From positions 1 through 64,000 of the IMG/VR virus record IMGVR_UViG_3300043395_004689: a stretch of 64,000 nt of DNA. One strand, 5' to 3'. Each line of letters opens with the position of its first letter. Positions within the stretch are counted from its first letter, which is position 1. Source of the DNA: a virus. This document shows positions 17,999 through 27,270 of this stretch, piece after piece. The notes beneath the pieces were generated by a model that saw nothing but the letters and a program-made list of their open reading frames with translations, ran no database searches and was not told the DNA's origin. The translations under genes and the position numbers were made by a program.

Positions 17999-18289
17999 AT
18001 GTCTGATAAACTCTTTACCGTTGCCGGCTATTCTACCAAGGATGGCAAGACCAAGGCACGATTCGCAACTGATATGACCCGCATCAAGACGCTGGTCAAG
18101 ACTGGTCATACTGATATTCAGCTGTATGATCTGCCTAAGCCTTTCTCTAAGGTCGAAGCACTGGAGTTCTTGCATGCCAAGAACATCTCGGGTCATGCTG
18201 GCATGGCTATTGCCGAGGAACTGGCCAAGCGCACCAAGCGCAAGGTCGCTGACTTGGTTAAGAACGGCCCGGTTTCCAAGGCCGCCTAA
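17999..18289 (+). CDS. Basic hypothetical protein, probably highly expressed
   Basis: CAGGAG RBS; 13 of 14 Lys codons are AAG. Confidence 0.8.
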   Translation: MSDKLFTVAGYSTKDGKTKARFATDMTRIKTLVKTGHTDIQLYDLPKPFSKVEALEFLHAKNISGHAGMAIAEELAKRTKRKVADLVKNGPVSKAA

Positions 18290-18346
18290 TCTTGGGCCCT
18301 TGGGGGGCGGGCCAAAGCCCCCTGTACATTTTGCTCTGAGGCGGCC

Positions 18347-19669
18347 ATGACTTATATGAACACTTGTCCTTTTTTCATTCATTCACTTGAGATTCATAAT
18401 AGCCGACTCAATAAAGAAGCCATTATTGAGGCCGAAGCGCAGGCAGGCAACGACGAGTTGTTTGAAGGCATGCGTCTTGCACTTGATCCTATGATTACCT
18501 TTGGGGTCAAGAAAGTGCCCAAGCATGGTGGGCCTGATGGACAAGGCTTGCCCTGGAAGGCATTCCGTGCTCTAGCAGATAGTCTAGCTGAACGCAAGCT
18601 CACTGGCGATGCGGCTCGTGATGCCATTGAACTGTGCCTCAAGTCTGCTAAAAAGACCGAGTGGAACGACTGGTACATGCGTATCCTTACCAAGGATCTG
18701 CGCTGTGGCGTCAGCGAAACCACTGTGAACAAAGTAGTTAAGAAGATCAATCCTGCATATCAGATTCCAGTCTTTGAGTGCCAGCTGGCACATGACAGCG
18801 CCAATCACGAAAGCAAGGTATGTGGCAAAAAGCTAATCGAAGTAAAACTAGATGGTGTGAGAGTGTTGACCATTGTCTATCCAGATGGGCGAGTAAACCA
18901 GTACAGCCGCAATGGCAAGGAGTTGGTGAACTTTGGTCACATCCGGGAACAGTTCGAAAAAGTAGCGGCTGGCTTGACGGAGCCTTGGGTGTTCGACGGG
19001 GAGATCATGTCAAGCAGTTTCCAGGACTTGATGAAACAGGTACACAGAAAAAGTGATGTACAAGCCAATGACTCTGTGCTAAACTTGTTTGATTGTATTC
19101 CGCTTGCTATGTTTAAAACAGGCAAATGGAAGGCCACACAAACATTCCGCAGTGAGCATCTTGCCAAGTTTGTGGAACATTATAAAGATACATTGACTAG
19201 TGTGCAAGTGGTAGGCCAGGAACTGGTTGATCTTGACACCGCCCAGGGCCAGCGGAGATACAAAGAAATTAATGCCAGCGCCATTGCCGGGGGCTATGAA
19301 GGTATCATGCTCAAGGATGTTGATGCACCCTATGAGTGCAAGCGGAGTGTAGCATGGCTCAAGCTCAAACCTTTTATTGAGGTGTCGCTGGAAGTTACCG
19401 CTGTTGAGGAAGGCACTGGTAAAAATGAAGGCCGTCTGGGGGCTTTGGTTTGTGAGGGTGTAGATGATGGTAAAACCATCCGTGTTAATGTGGGCAGTGG
19501 TTTTACTGACAACCATCGCATTGATTATTGGGCTGGTAAAGATAGTCTTGTTGGTGCAGTGGTTGAAGTTCGTGCCGATGCTGTGACACAGAATCAAGAT
19601 GGTTCTTATAGCCTGCGCTTTCCTAGGTTCCTGCGATTCCGAGGATTTGAAGCAGGAGAGAAACTGTAA
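18347..19669 (+). CDS. ATP-dependent DNA ligase
   Basis: KxDG (EVKLDGVR), FDGE, EGIMLK, WLKLK, OB-fold SLRFPRF. Confidence 0.95.
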   Translation: MTYMNTCPFFIHSLEIHNSRLNKEAIIEAEAQAGNDELFEGMRLALDPMITFGVKKVPKHGGPDGQGLPWKAFRALADSLAERKLTGDAARDAIELCLKSAKKTEWNDWYMRILTKDLRCGVSETTVNKVVKKINPAYQIPVFECQLAHDSANHESKVCGKKLIEVKLDGVRVLTIVYPDGRVNQYSRNGKELVNFGHIREQFEKVAAGLTEPWVFDGEIMSSSFQDLMKQVHRKSDVQANDSVLNLFDCIPLAMFKTGKWKATQTFRSEHLAKFVEHYKDTLTSVQVVGQELVDLDTAQGQRRYKEINASAIAGGYEGIMLKDVDAPYECKRSVAWLKLKPFIEVSLEVTAVEEGTGKNEGRLGALVCEGVDDGKTIRVNVGSGFTDNHRIDYWAGKDSLVGAVVEVRADAVTQNQDGSYSLRFPRFLRFRGFEAGEKL

Positions 19670-19872
19670 TGTCAACGCCTATCAAGCCCGGCAACGAGCT
19701 GTTTACTTTTGTTGAGAAGTTTACCCTCTCACAGAGAGCAGCCATTGAAATATCAAACGAATGTCCTTCTAATTATGCTTCAGTGATTGCACAATGTATC
19801 AATCGAGGGTGGATCAAACCTGTTGCTTATGTAAGTGACGAAGAATACCTGTTGCTCAAGTTATCAAACTAG
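19669..19872 (+). CDS. Hypothetical protein
   Basis: TAATG overlap with ligase. Confidence 0.65.
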   Translation: MSTPIKPGNELFTFVEKFTLSQRAAIEISNECPSNYASVIAQCINRGWIKPVAYVSDEEYLLLKLSN

Positions 19873-19888
19873 AGCAAGAAGGAGCCAC

Positions 19889-20113
19889 ATGAAAGAAATA
19901 TCTGAAGAAGAACATCTTGTATTTGAAAAGCTAAAGACAATTTTTAAACACGCCCAGGCTGAAAAGTTTGAGGGCGTGTATTTTATCTGCGGCGAAGCAG
20001 GCGTCAAAGACAGCATGGGCCTGCCTGAACGGATTCTTGTATGTCCTGCCTATGGATTGGACGGCTTTGCAATCTATACCAAGACCTCTGACTATTCTGC
20101 GCCAGGGTATTAG
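19889..20113 (+). CDS. Hypothetical protein
   Basis: AAGGAG RBS; start revised. Confidence 0.7.
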   Translation: MKEISEEEHLVFEKLKTIFKHAQAEKFEGVYFICGEAGVKDSMGLPERILVCPAYGLDGFAIYTKTSDYSAPGY

Positions 20114-20117
20114 AATC

Positions 20118-20378
20118 ATGCACCAACGAATTCGAGAACTTATGATTGAAGCTGGCTATGCCGCACCCGAGCTGGCCAGCCGGGCTCACAAGCTTGCTGA
20201 GTTAATCATCGCTGAAAGCGAAAAGCTTAATAAAGCACAATCCTATGAGCTAGCAGGTGTTATCATTGACACCGAAGCACAGGGATTTGATACTGTTTGT
20301 TTGGATACAGTCACACGAGTGGAACAGTATCTCGCAGGAAAATCATTAACAAAACATTTCTATGAGCATTTACCTTGA
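20118..20378 (+). CDS. Hypothetical protein
   Basis: MHQRIRELM..AELII pattern; start revised. Confidence 0.65.
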   Translation: MHQRIRELMIEAGYAAPELASRAHKLAELIIAESEKLNKAQSYELAGVIIDTEAQGFDTVCLDTVTRVEQYLAGKSLTKHFYEHLP

Positions 20379-20913
20379 CAAAGATAAGATACTGGATCTA
20401 ATTCAGTTTAGAGATAAAATTTTTGCTGAGCATGCCGTGGCTTTTGAAAAGTACGGCATTGATATTTTGGCCAATGACATATTGAGCTCGTTGTCCACTT
20501 GGGAAATTGTTACACAATACGACCCAGAATATAATACTAACTTTCATCGCAATGGCGAAGATGCCCGTAGCGGATCAACACTGATTGAACGCAAGTGTGC
20601 CACAGTAAAGCCAGGAAAACGCGGCGCCGTAGGCAACAGCGGTTGGCAGTTTCATGCCCAAGAAACAGACAAGAGCTCTAGATATATCTTTGCAGTCAGG
20701 CGCAAGGACAATTTAAAAATTGTCAGGTTGTACGACATTTCATCTGCTGAAGCAATAAAGGTTGTACGCGATTGCCTTGAACAAGGCAGACAAGGTTGGA
20801 TCAACAAAGGCAAACCCAACCACGATGCTATTCTGGTTCCTGAAAAATTGCTGAAAACCTTGCCCGTACTCAAACAACTGGTCATTGACAACTGCATGGT
20901 TTATAAGCTATAA
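20362..20913 (+). CDS. PvuII-like PD-(D/E)xK restriction endonuclease
   Basis: KYGI-DILAND, RNGEDA, IERK, YIFAVRR, IVRLYDI are colinear with R.PvuII motifs as I recall them (KHGINDIFQDN, REGNDA, YELK, WIFAIYR, IEAIYRL). Confidence 0.65.
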   Translation: MSIYLDKDKILDLIQFRDKIFAEHAVAFEKYGIDILANDILSSLSTWEIVTQYDPEYNTNFHRNGEDARSGSTLIERKCATVKPGKRGAVGNSGWQFHAQETDKSSRYIFAVRRKDNLKIVRLYDISSAEAIKVVRDCLEQGRQGWINKGKPNHDAILVPEKLLKTLPVLKQLVIDNCMVYKL

Positions 20914-20923
20914 ATACGTGACC

Positions 20924-22198
20924 ATGAAGCAACTACTTTTTACAGAGCAAGACTTTTTGTCATTGTTCACCTTGCCTAAACCCAGCTTTGATCAGTTCTG
21001 TAAGCAGATCCAGATCCTGGATATCTCTGACAAGTCAGGTACCTTTGCGGTAAGGCAAGACCTTGACAGCTTTATTGCCCGTGTGGCCAAGAAAGATGAC
21101 CGTCAACAACGCTTACCTGAGTTTAAGAAAAAACTCTACCAAATACTGGTAACAGATGCAGAGCAAAACCTCAAAGCATGGTTTGGTGGTCAGGGTGCTT
21201 TGCCAGAAAGCATTGACTACTATTTTAACATACCCTATGAGCCAATCTTAGAAGGCAAGGTCTTTGCTGGTAGAACCAATGCCAAGTATGGTAAGATTTG
21301 TAAAAACATTAACTTTCAAAACTACTACAATACACGCAAGTGGTACGCCAACGACAGCGAGTATGTGTTTGGACTACTACGGGCGATGATGGAAGAATTC
21401 AAGCTGAGAAACAGCTTGGTGGGGCCGGCCTTCTTTGATCAAATCTGCCGCTACGATGGCGATCCGGGAGATTTTTGGCGAGCCTTTCTCATGGGCGCCA
21501 ATAGACCCAGCACATTTAATCCTGCTACCTACAAAGGCATACTGGATAACCTATTCACTGGTGATACCTTGTTTGCACCATGCATGGGTTGGAACGCCTA
21601 TCAGTTGGCCTTCTATAGCAGTAATTTTAAAAAATTCATAGCCACAGATGTGATACCTGATGTGGTTGAGAACAGCAGTCTCTTGCACCAAGAATTTTTA
21701 AGTTACCAAGGCGCACAGAAAGAAGCTGTTGTCAACAGCGTATTCACCACAGATCAAATCAGCAAGGAAGCAGAGTTTTATCTGTGTCCCAGTGAACAGT
21801 TGGCTCAACGACATAATTTTGATCAACGCTATCAAGAGCAGGTAGATGCTGTGCTATTCAGCCCTCCATACTTTGATCTAGAGATTTATAACAGCCCAAA
21901 TCAAAGTGTTACCAATTTCCCTAACTACCAAGACTGGCTCACAGGTTACTGGGAAGCCACTGTCAAGTTATGTAAAACAGTAATGAAACCGGGTGCAAGG
22001 TTTGGATTTGTAATCAGCAACTATCGCAATGCTGACAAGGTTGTGACTTCAATTAGCGAGGACATGCGCGATGTGGCTGCACAACATCTTGACCTAGTAG
22101 ATCATTATCGTGTACAATGGAGTGCAATTGGTGGTAGCCGTCAGGCCAAAAAAACACGCGGTGGCAACTTTGAGGACCTTTGGTTATTTCAAAAATGA
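20924..22198 (+). CDS. Amino (N4-C/N6-A) DNA methyltransferase
   Basis: Motif I-like LFAPCMGW, acidic ATD, motif IV FSPPY; TATAAATA at 20909-20916; start revised from 20885. Confidence 0.8.
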   Translation: MKQLLFTEQDFLSLFTLPKPSFDQFCKQIQILDISDKSGTFAVRQDLDSFIARVAKKDDRQQRLPEFKKKLYQILVTDAEQNLKAWFGGQGALPESIDYYFNIPYEPILEGKVFAGRTNAKYGKICKNINFQNYYNTRKWYANDSEYVFGLLRAMMEEFKLRNSLVGPAFFDQICRYDGDPGDFWRAFLMGANRPSTFNPATYKGILDNLFTGDTLFAPCMGWNAYQLAFYSSNFKKFIATDVIPDVVENSSLLHQEFLSYQGAQKEAVVNSVFTTDQISKEAEFYLCPSEQLAQRHNFDQRYQEQVDAVLFSPPYFDLEIYNSPNQSVTNFPNYQDWLTGYWEATVKLCKTVMKPGARFGFVISNYRNADKVVTSISEDMRDVAAQHLDLVDHYRVQWSAIGGSRQAKKTRGGNFEDLWLFQK

Positions 22199-22239
22199 AA
22201 ATCTTCACATACATGGTACAACGATAAGAGCAGAATCAC

Positions 22240-22701
22240 ATGCCCAAATGTTATCAACTGGTAGGAATTCCTGGCTCAGGCAAAAGCACCTGGGTAGCAA
22301 ATCAGCCCTGGGCCACAGACTGTGTGGTAGTGTCCACCGACGAGTTCGTAGAAGCAGAAGCATTGTCGCAGGGCAAAACCTATAGTGAAGTCTTTGCTGA
22401 CTACATGCCCACAGCCATTGGCATGATGATGAACAAGGTCAATGCTGCCCGCCGCACTGGCAAAGATATTATCTGGGATCAAACTTCTACTACCGAAGCA
22501 AGCCGTAGACGCAAGTTTAAGGCATTGCCTGAATATTATCATATCGCGGTGGTGTTTAAACCACCGGCCATGACAGAGTTGATTCGGCGACTTGATTCCC
22601 GGCCTGGCAAGACAATCCCACCCGATGTTATTCGTGACATGTTGGATAATTTTGACATGCCTGACGAAAGCGAAGGCTTTAAAGAAATTTGGATCGCTTA
22701 A
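22240..22701 (+). CDS. P-loop kinase (AAA_33/polynucleotide kinase-like)
   Basis: GIPGSGKST, VSTD, IWDQT. Confidence 0.85.
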   Translation: MPKCYQLVGIPGSGKSTWVANQPWATDCVVVSTDEFVEAEALSQGKTYSEVFADYMPTAIGMMMNKVNAARRTGKDIIWDQTSTTEASRRRKFKALPEYYHIAVVFKPPAMTELIRRLDSRPGKTIPPDVIRDMLDNFDMPDESEGFKEIWIA

Positions 22702-22715
22702 TTTAGGAGATAAAC

Positions 22716-22952
22716 ATGGTAACCAAAAGCATTTATACCGAAGTTGAAGTAGATGTTGATCTCAGTGACTTTGACACCGACGACTTGATCGAGGAACTGG
22801 AAAGCCGCGGTCTGGACTACAACACCAATGGTGTAGACGGTGACGACATGCGTGAAACACTGGAAGCTGTTTGGTACAAGCGCAGGCTTGGCAAGGATTA
22901 TCAAGAAGAACTAGATCGTCTAATCTGGGGAGTACTAGGAAAGCTAATATGA
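22716..22952 (+). CDS. Hypothetical acidic protein
   Basis: AGGAG RBS. Confidence 0.75.
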   Translation: MVTKSIYTEVEVDVDLSDFDTDDLIEELESRGLDYNTNGVDGDDMRETLEAVWYKRRLGKDYQEELDRLIWGVLGKLI

Positions 22953-23125
22953 ACGCAGACAACACCAGCCAATGTAGTGTGTGCCAATGCGAATTTACCG
23001 CCGCTGAAGGTGGCATACACGGCTATTTTGGCATGATACCAGTGAGCTTTTGTCCGACCTGTTTTAGTTGTATGTGTGACATGGTCAATCAAGTTGTAAA
23101 TTTTGAGGAGAACATCGATGAGTGA
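22949..23125 (+). CDS. Small zinc-finger protein
   Basis: CSVC..CPTC; ATGA overlap. Confidence 0.65.
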   Translation: MNADNTSQCSVCQCEFTAAEGGIHGYFGMIPVSFCPTCFSCMCDMVNQVVNFEENIDE

Positions 23126-23468
23126 ATATGTTCCGGACCGTTGGATGCTGGTAAAGATTACTACCCAAGAAGCAAAGTCTCACTACCGGGTGTTTGCTTC
23201 TTGGTATGGTGGTTATCTTGGTTCTGATTCGTGGAAGCTAAACTCGGGAGTTACTCATGTAGACGAAGACGAAAATTCTTATCTATTTCATGGATCCAGC
23301 GGATCAATTTACAAGTGTCATAAGACATCATATGGCATTTCTGGCTACGGTATGAGTGTGCTTTCCAATATGATTGCTGAAGCCAATGAAGATGGTATCA
23401 ATATTGATATGCTGCCACATGATACTAATCCCTTAGTCTTAGAATACAATCAGGGAGTAAAAAAATGA
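23118..23468 (+). CDS. Conserved phage hypothetical protein (PD.W..W.GGYLGSDSWKLNSG)
   Basis: GAGGAG RBS; motif pattern. Confidence 0.8.
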   Translation: MSEYVPDRWMLVKITTQEAKSHYRVFASWYGGYLGSDSWKLNSGVTHVDEDENSYLFHGSSGSIYKCHKTSYGISGYGMSVLSNMIAEANEDGINIDMLPHDTNPLVLEYNQGVKK

Positions 23469-23713
23469 AGGTCGTTAGCGTAAACCCTGCTGAAAAGAAA
23501 GCAGAAGAACGGCGCCTAGCATTGCTAGAAGTTATCGAAGAAATGCGCGAGCAAATTGAAGACGGTCGCATACAAGAGTTTGTGGCTTGTAGCATGGACG
23601 CAGATGCTGTTTGTCAAATTCATGCCAGTGCTCTAGATCTAGCAGGTGCTGTTGGTTTGTATGAAATTGGCAAACACATGATGATACAAACCATGGCTGG
23701 CGACGATAATTAA
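23465..23713 (+). CDS. Hypothetical protein
   Basis: GGGAG RBS. Confidence 0.7.
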   Translation: MKVVSVNPAEKKAEERRLALLEVIEEMREQIEDGRIQEFVACSMDADAVCQIHASALDLAGAVGLYEIGKHMMIQTMAGDDN

Positions 23714-23717
23714 TGCT

Positions 23718-24026
23718 ATGCTTAACACTGAAAAACAAGAAGCCGAAGAAGATCTAATTCGCGAGCTAGACGAACTAGGACTTGAATTTCAAAGACTAAT
23801 AGAAGAGGAAAATAACATGGCCAATAAGACAGCAAATCGAATCAGCGACAAGCTGGTAAAGGTAAACGAATCATTTACCATCAACATGTACGACAATGGT
23901 TTTATGATTGAAGCCAGCGGTCGTAACAAAAAGGATGATTATGTGACTGCTAAAATTCTTTGCAGTAGCATTGACGAAGTAATTAACCTGGTGCGCGAAG
24001 TTGCAGACATGGAACGCGACAGCTAA
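23718..24026 (+). CDS. Hypothetical protein (start may be 23817)
   Basis: ORF in run; internal GAGGA RBS before MANKT. Confidence 0.65.
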   Translation: MLNTEKQEAEEDLIRELDELGLEFQRLIEEENNMANKTANRISDKLVKVNESFTINMYDNGFMIEASGRNKKDDYVTAKILCSSIDEVINLVREVADMERDS

Positions 24027-24037
24027 AGGAAACTGCC

Positions 24038-24448
24038 ATGGCAATCTGGAAAATTGTAAATCAACACAAGAAGAACTGCGAAGAGCGTCAATTTTGGACC
24101 AAAGACGAACTTACCATTGTTCGTACTGAAGGGTTTCGCTGGGGTAGCTTTACTGTAGAAACTACAGACGACAATCCACCTGAAGGTATTACTGCGGAAA
24201 ATCCTGATGGCATTGACATGTACAGTTATTCAGGCGAAAACGCCCCCGATGGCGCCGAGCTTGACATGATGGACGATGGTTGTTATGGCGATTGGGAATT
24301 TCCCGACAGTATGGACGAAGAAGAGCAAAATCGAATCCAAGAGGGCTGGGATGAAGACTACTACGACTTCATGGAAGGTGACGGATGGGTCAATGACGAA
24401 ACTGAAGCCTGGTTGTTTGGTCCACTGGATATTGAGCGAGTAGATTAA
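24038..24448 (+). CDS. Hypothetical acidic protein
   Basis: GAGGA RBS. Confidence 0.75.
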   Translation: MAIWKIVNQHKKNCEERQFWTKDELTIVRTEGFRWGSFTVETTDDNPPEGITAENPDGIDMYSYSGENAPDGAELDMMDDGCYGDWEFPDSMDEEEQNRIQEGWDEDYYDFMEGDGWVNDETEAWLFGPLDIERVD

Positions 24449-24449
24449 A

Positions 24450-24875
24450 ATGCTGAATCTAGATCTTGCTCTACGATGGCCTCTAAGTTCTAGATTTAGC
24501 AATTTAAAATCCTGGCACGGCTCAACACCCTTTGCTAACAAGCATTGGGAATTTCAAATTTCCAAAACTACTGATATTGTTGCAGTCAATTTGGATTTTA
24601 CTGTACAAGGCGAAACCGATCATGCTGGTCTACGGTGCGGATTAGGATTATGTGGATTTGCTGTAGAGTTTAATTGGTACGACTCAAAGCATTGTAATAC
24701 TCCAGCTAAGAATCCCACAATATGGGAAGTTAAGTTTTATATGTTGGACAGAGAAACCGGCTTTGAGTTTGCAGCAAGGACAGAATTGTGCTATAGTGTA
24801 TTTGAAGCAGAGCAACTGGTAGCCGACGAAGGGCACAAATATGATGTTTGCCGTATTATTCCGAGTACACAATAA
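24450..24875 (+). CDS. Hypothetical protein
   Basis: Abuts neighbours. Confidence 0.65.
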   Translation: MLNLDLALRWPLSSRFSNLKSWHGSTPFANKHWEFQISKTTDIVAVNLDFTVQGETDHAGLRCGLGLCGFAVEFNWYDSKHCNTPAKNPTIWEVKFYMLDRETGFEFAARTELCYSVFEAEQLVADEGHKYDVCRIIPSTQ

Positions 24876-25237
24876 TGATGTTATATGAAGTAGCCTTACT
24901 ATTACTGTTTGTCAAACATTGGGCCTGTGATTTTGTATTTCAAACACCGACCATGATTGCGGCTAAGTCGCACTACAAGTCATGGCCCAGCATACTACAT
25001 AGCCTTCACCATGCAGGTATGACCTTTTTAATCTTTGCCTTGGGTGGAGTTGTACTGGCATTATTTTTGGCCTTGTTAGATTTTGTCTTGCATTATCACA
25101 TCGACTATGCTAAAGTAAAGTACGGCGAAGCCGATACCAATTCCAGTAGATACTGGAATCACTTTGGTTTGGATCAACTGGCACACTATGTAACCTATTT
25201 GGTTATAGTGGCAATTTTTGTAAGGATCGTAGAATGA
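24875..25237 (+). CDS. DUF3307-like membrane protein
   Basis: KHW.CDF.FQ, H..HH, HYHIDY.K, GLDQLAH. Confidence 0.75.
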   Translation: MMLYEVALLLLFVKHWACDFVFQTPTMIAAKSHYKSWPSILHSLHHAGMTFLIFALGGVVLALFLALLDFVLHYHIDYAKVKYGEADTNSSRYWNHFGLDQLAHYVTYLVIVAIFVRIVE

Positions 25238-25764
25238 TTAATCTCAAAGACTGGTTTGAAGCAGTAAATTATCGGATCACTGAGGGCACCAAGTATACTT
25301 GGAATTGCTATGGTCCTGATGCCCATGTATTGGACAGCTGGAATGGAGAGCAAGACGGTCATAGTTTTAGTGTGGTATTTGACACAAAGACTCAAGAAGT
25401 TTATGAAGTACAGGCTCATGACTACCAGCGAAATCGCGCCTATCGCTTTTTTAACAACGATTCGGAAGTTTGCTACCTAGATGAGTGCAAGCTTCATGAC
25501 ATCGATGGAAACGAAGCATGGGAAGGTGTCAACTACACCACTCTGGAAGTTGCTGAGGATTGGCTTGCCAAGGCTCATGCAATTGCGTCGGGTATTGACT
25601 ATGATACCAAGGTACAGATACCAGTGGATTTTTCCGACGAAGAATTACTGCGCTACATGAAGATGGCTCATGACATGGATATTACTTTTAATCAATTTAT
25701 TGAGCAAGCACTTAGAGCAGCGATTGAAAAACATCAAGTAGATCCCCACACAGACTGGGATTAA
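25234..25764 (+). CDS. Hypothetical protein with C-terminal ribbon-helix-helix-like segment
   Basis: AHDMDITFNQFIEQALR resembles HicB-type RHH tails. Confidence 0.65.
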   Translation: MINLKDWFEAVNYRITEGTKYTWNCYGPDAHVLDSWNGEQDGHSFSVVFDTKTQEVYEVQAHDYQRNRAYRFFNNDSEVCYLDECKLHDIDGNEAWEGVNYTTLEVAEDWLAKAHAIASGIDYDTKVQIPVDFSDEELLRYMKMAHDMDITFNQFIEQALRAAIEKHQVDPHTDWD

Positions 25765-25782
25765 TATCTAGAATTATACTGT

Positions 25783-25813
25783 AAAAGCCAGTGGTCTGAC
25801 CACTGGCTTTTTT
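25783..25813 (+). terminator. Rho-independent terminator (potentially bidirectional)
   Basis: AAAAGCCAGTGGTC-T-GACCACTGGCTTTTTT. Confidence 0.85.
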
Positions 25814-25830
25814 CTTTGCTAAGTATCGTC

Positions 25831-27270
25831 ATGGATCCAAACAATTTACCACCTGCCTTTTGTGTGCTCCCTTGGATGCATACCGCCATTAATCCCAATG
25901 GGGATGTTAGTCCCTGTTGCATGTCCAAATTTGGATTTGCCTATGGAAATTTAAATAAAACTCCTTTACTCAAAGATATATTCAACAGTGATACAGCCAA
26001 ATCTGTTAGAAAAGAAATGCTAGAAGCAGATCAGTTACCAGAAATCTGTACTCGCTGTAGCTATGTTGAAACGGTGAGAGAAGAAGTGGTCTCTGATATA
26101 AAAACCGAATCTTATCGTCAGAGGATGAACAAAAAATATAAAGATTTTATTAAAACATTAGAACCAAACCCCGACGGTTCTGCAGAGTTTCGACAGTTAT
26201 ACATTGATTACAGATTTTCAAACAAATGTAATTTCAAATGCATCACATGTGGTCCAACCTTGAGTTCAAGCCATGCAGTTGAGTTTAAAAAGCTAGCCGA
26301 ACTTAATCCGCTTGTGTATGGCTCTAAAACTCCAGATGATACCAAGCCAATTTCTAAGGCTCTGATCGAAGTTGATCATGCCAGTATGTTTGAACAGTTT
26401 AAGGAATTTGGGCACGAAGTTAGAGAAATTTACTTTGCTGGCGGCGAGCCATTGATCAATGATCATCACTATGAAATTTTGCAGTACATCATTGACAGCC
26501 AGCAACCTATCTACATATACTACAATACAAACTTTAGCGAGCTTAGATATCGAGACCATAATTTACTTGACATGTGGCGCCGAGTCAACGGAAAGGTAGA
26601 TATATTTGCCAGCATTGATGGTTATGGTCTCGAAGGTGAGGCCATTCGCTATGGTTTGGATTCTAAGATCTTTGAAGATAATGTTAACACTCTTATAGAA
26701 GCCAGAATTCCCAATGTAAATTTAAATTTTTCTATCACCTTTGGCATTGCTAATTATCATAGTGTAGTTGATACGACTAAGTGGCTTGTAAAACTCTTGC
26801 CGGACTGGTACAGAAGTGAGCGCAATATCCTATCAACCAATGTAGGATATAATCCAATCACCTTTAGCAAAGAATTCTCCACTCTGTTTATGAACCAACA
26901 ACAGCGACAGGCAGCTATCGAATTAGTAACCGCTCAAATTGAAAATTTTGAAAACGAATTCAGCAAGAAATATGCCAGCGACCTGCGCTTTCATTATCTA
27001 ACTTGGATTTCAAATCTTCATCGCGCAGCCTATGACAACCAAGGCAAGCGTGGAATGATTTTAACTCGATGGGGATACATGGATAAAACCGACGAAATTA
27101 GACAACTTGATTGGAAACAAAGACTTCCAAATTTAGCTCGACTTTGGGCGGAGATTTGGAACGAGCTAGATCAACTCGGCATTGATATGCAGATAAGAAA
27201 TAGCCTAGACAAACCAGCTATTAGAAGCATTGATGCTTACATTGCTGAACACAAGATAGGCCAGCAATGA
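25831..27270 (+). CDS. Radical SAM protein with N-terminal SPASM/Twitch-like domain
   Basis: FCVLPW..GDVSPCC..CTRC; CNFKCITC; FAGGEP. Confidence 0.9.
   Translation: MDPNNLPPAFCVLPWMHTAINPNGDVSPCCMSKFGFAYGNLNKTPLLKDIFNSDTAKSVRKEMLEADQLPEICTRCSYVETVREEVVSDIKTESYRQRMNKKYKDFIKTLEPNPDGSAEFRQLYIDYRFSNKCNFKCITCGPTLSSSHAVEFKKLAELNPLVYGSKTPDDTKPISKALIEVDHASMFEQFKEFGHEVREIYFAGGEPLINDHHYEILQYIIDSQQPIYIYYNTNFSELRYRDHNLLDMWRRVNGKVDIFASIDGYGLEGEAIRYGLDSKIFEDNVNTLIEARIPNVNLNFSITFGIANYHSVVDTTKWLVKLLPDWYRSERNILSTNVGYNPITFSKEFSTLFMNQQQRQAAIELVTAQIENFENEFSKKYASDLRFHYLTWISNLHRAAYDNQGKRGMILTRWGYMDKTDEIRQLDWKQRLPNLARLWAEIWNELDQLGIDMQIRNSLDKPAIRSIDAYIAEHKIGQQ

Noticed and set aside
17822-19675. Long minus-strand ORFs (17822-18382, 19079-19675 and similar throughout)
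   Set aside because: Antisense shadows of well-supported + strand genes, with no RBS or motifs
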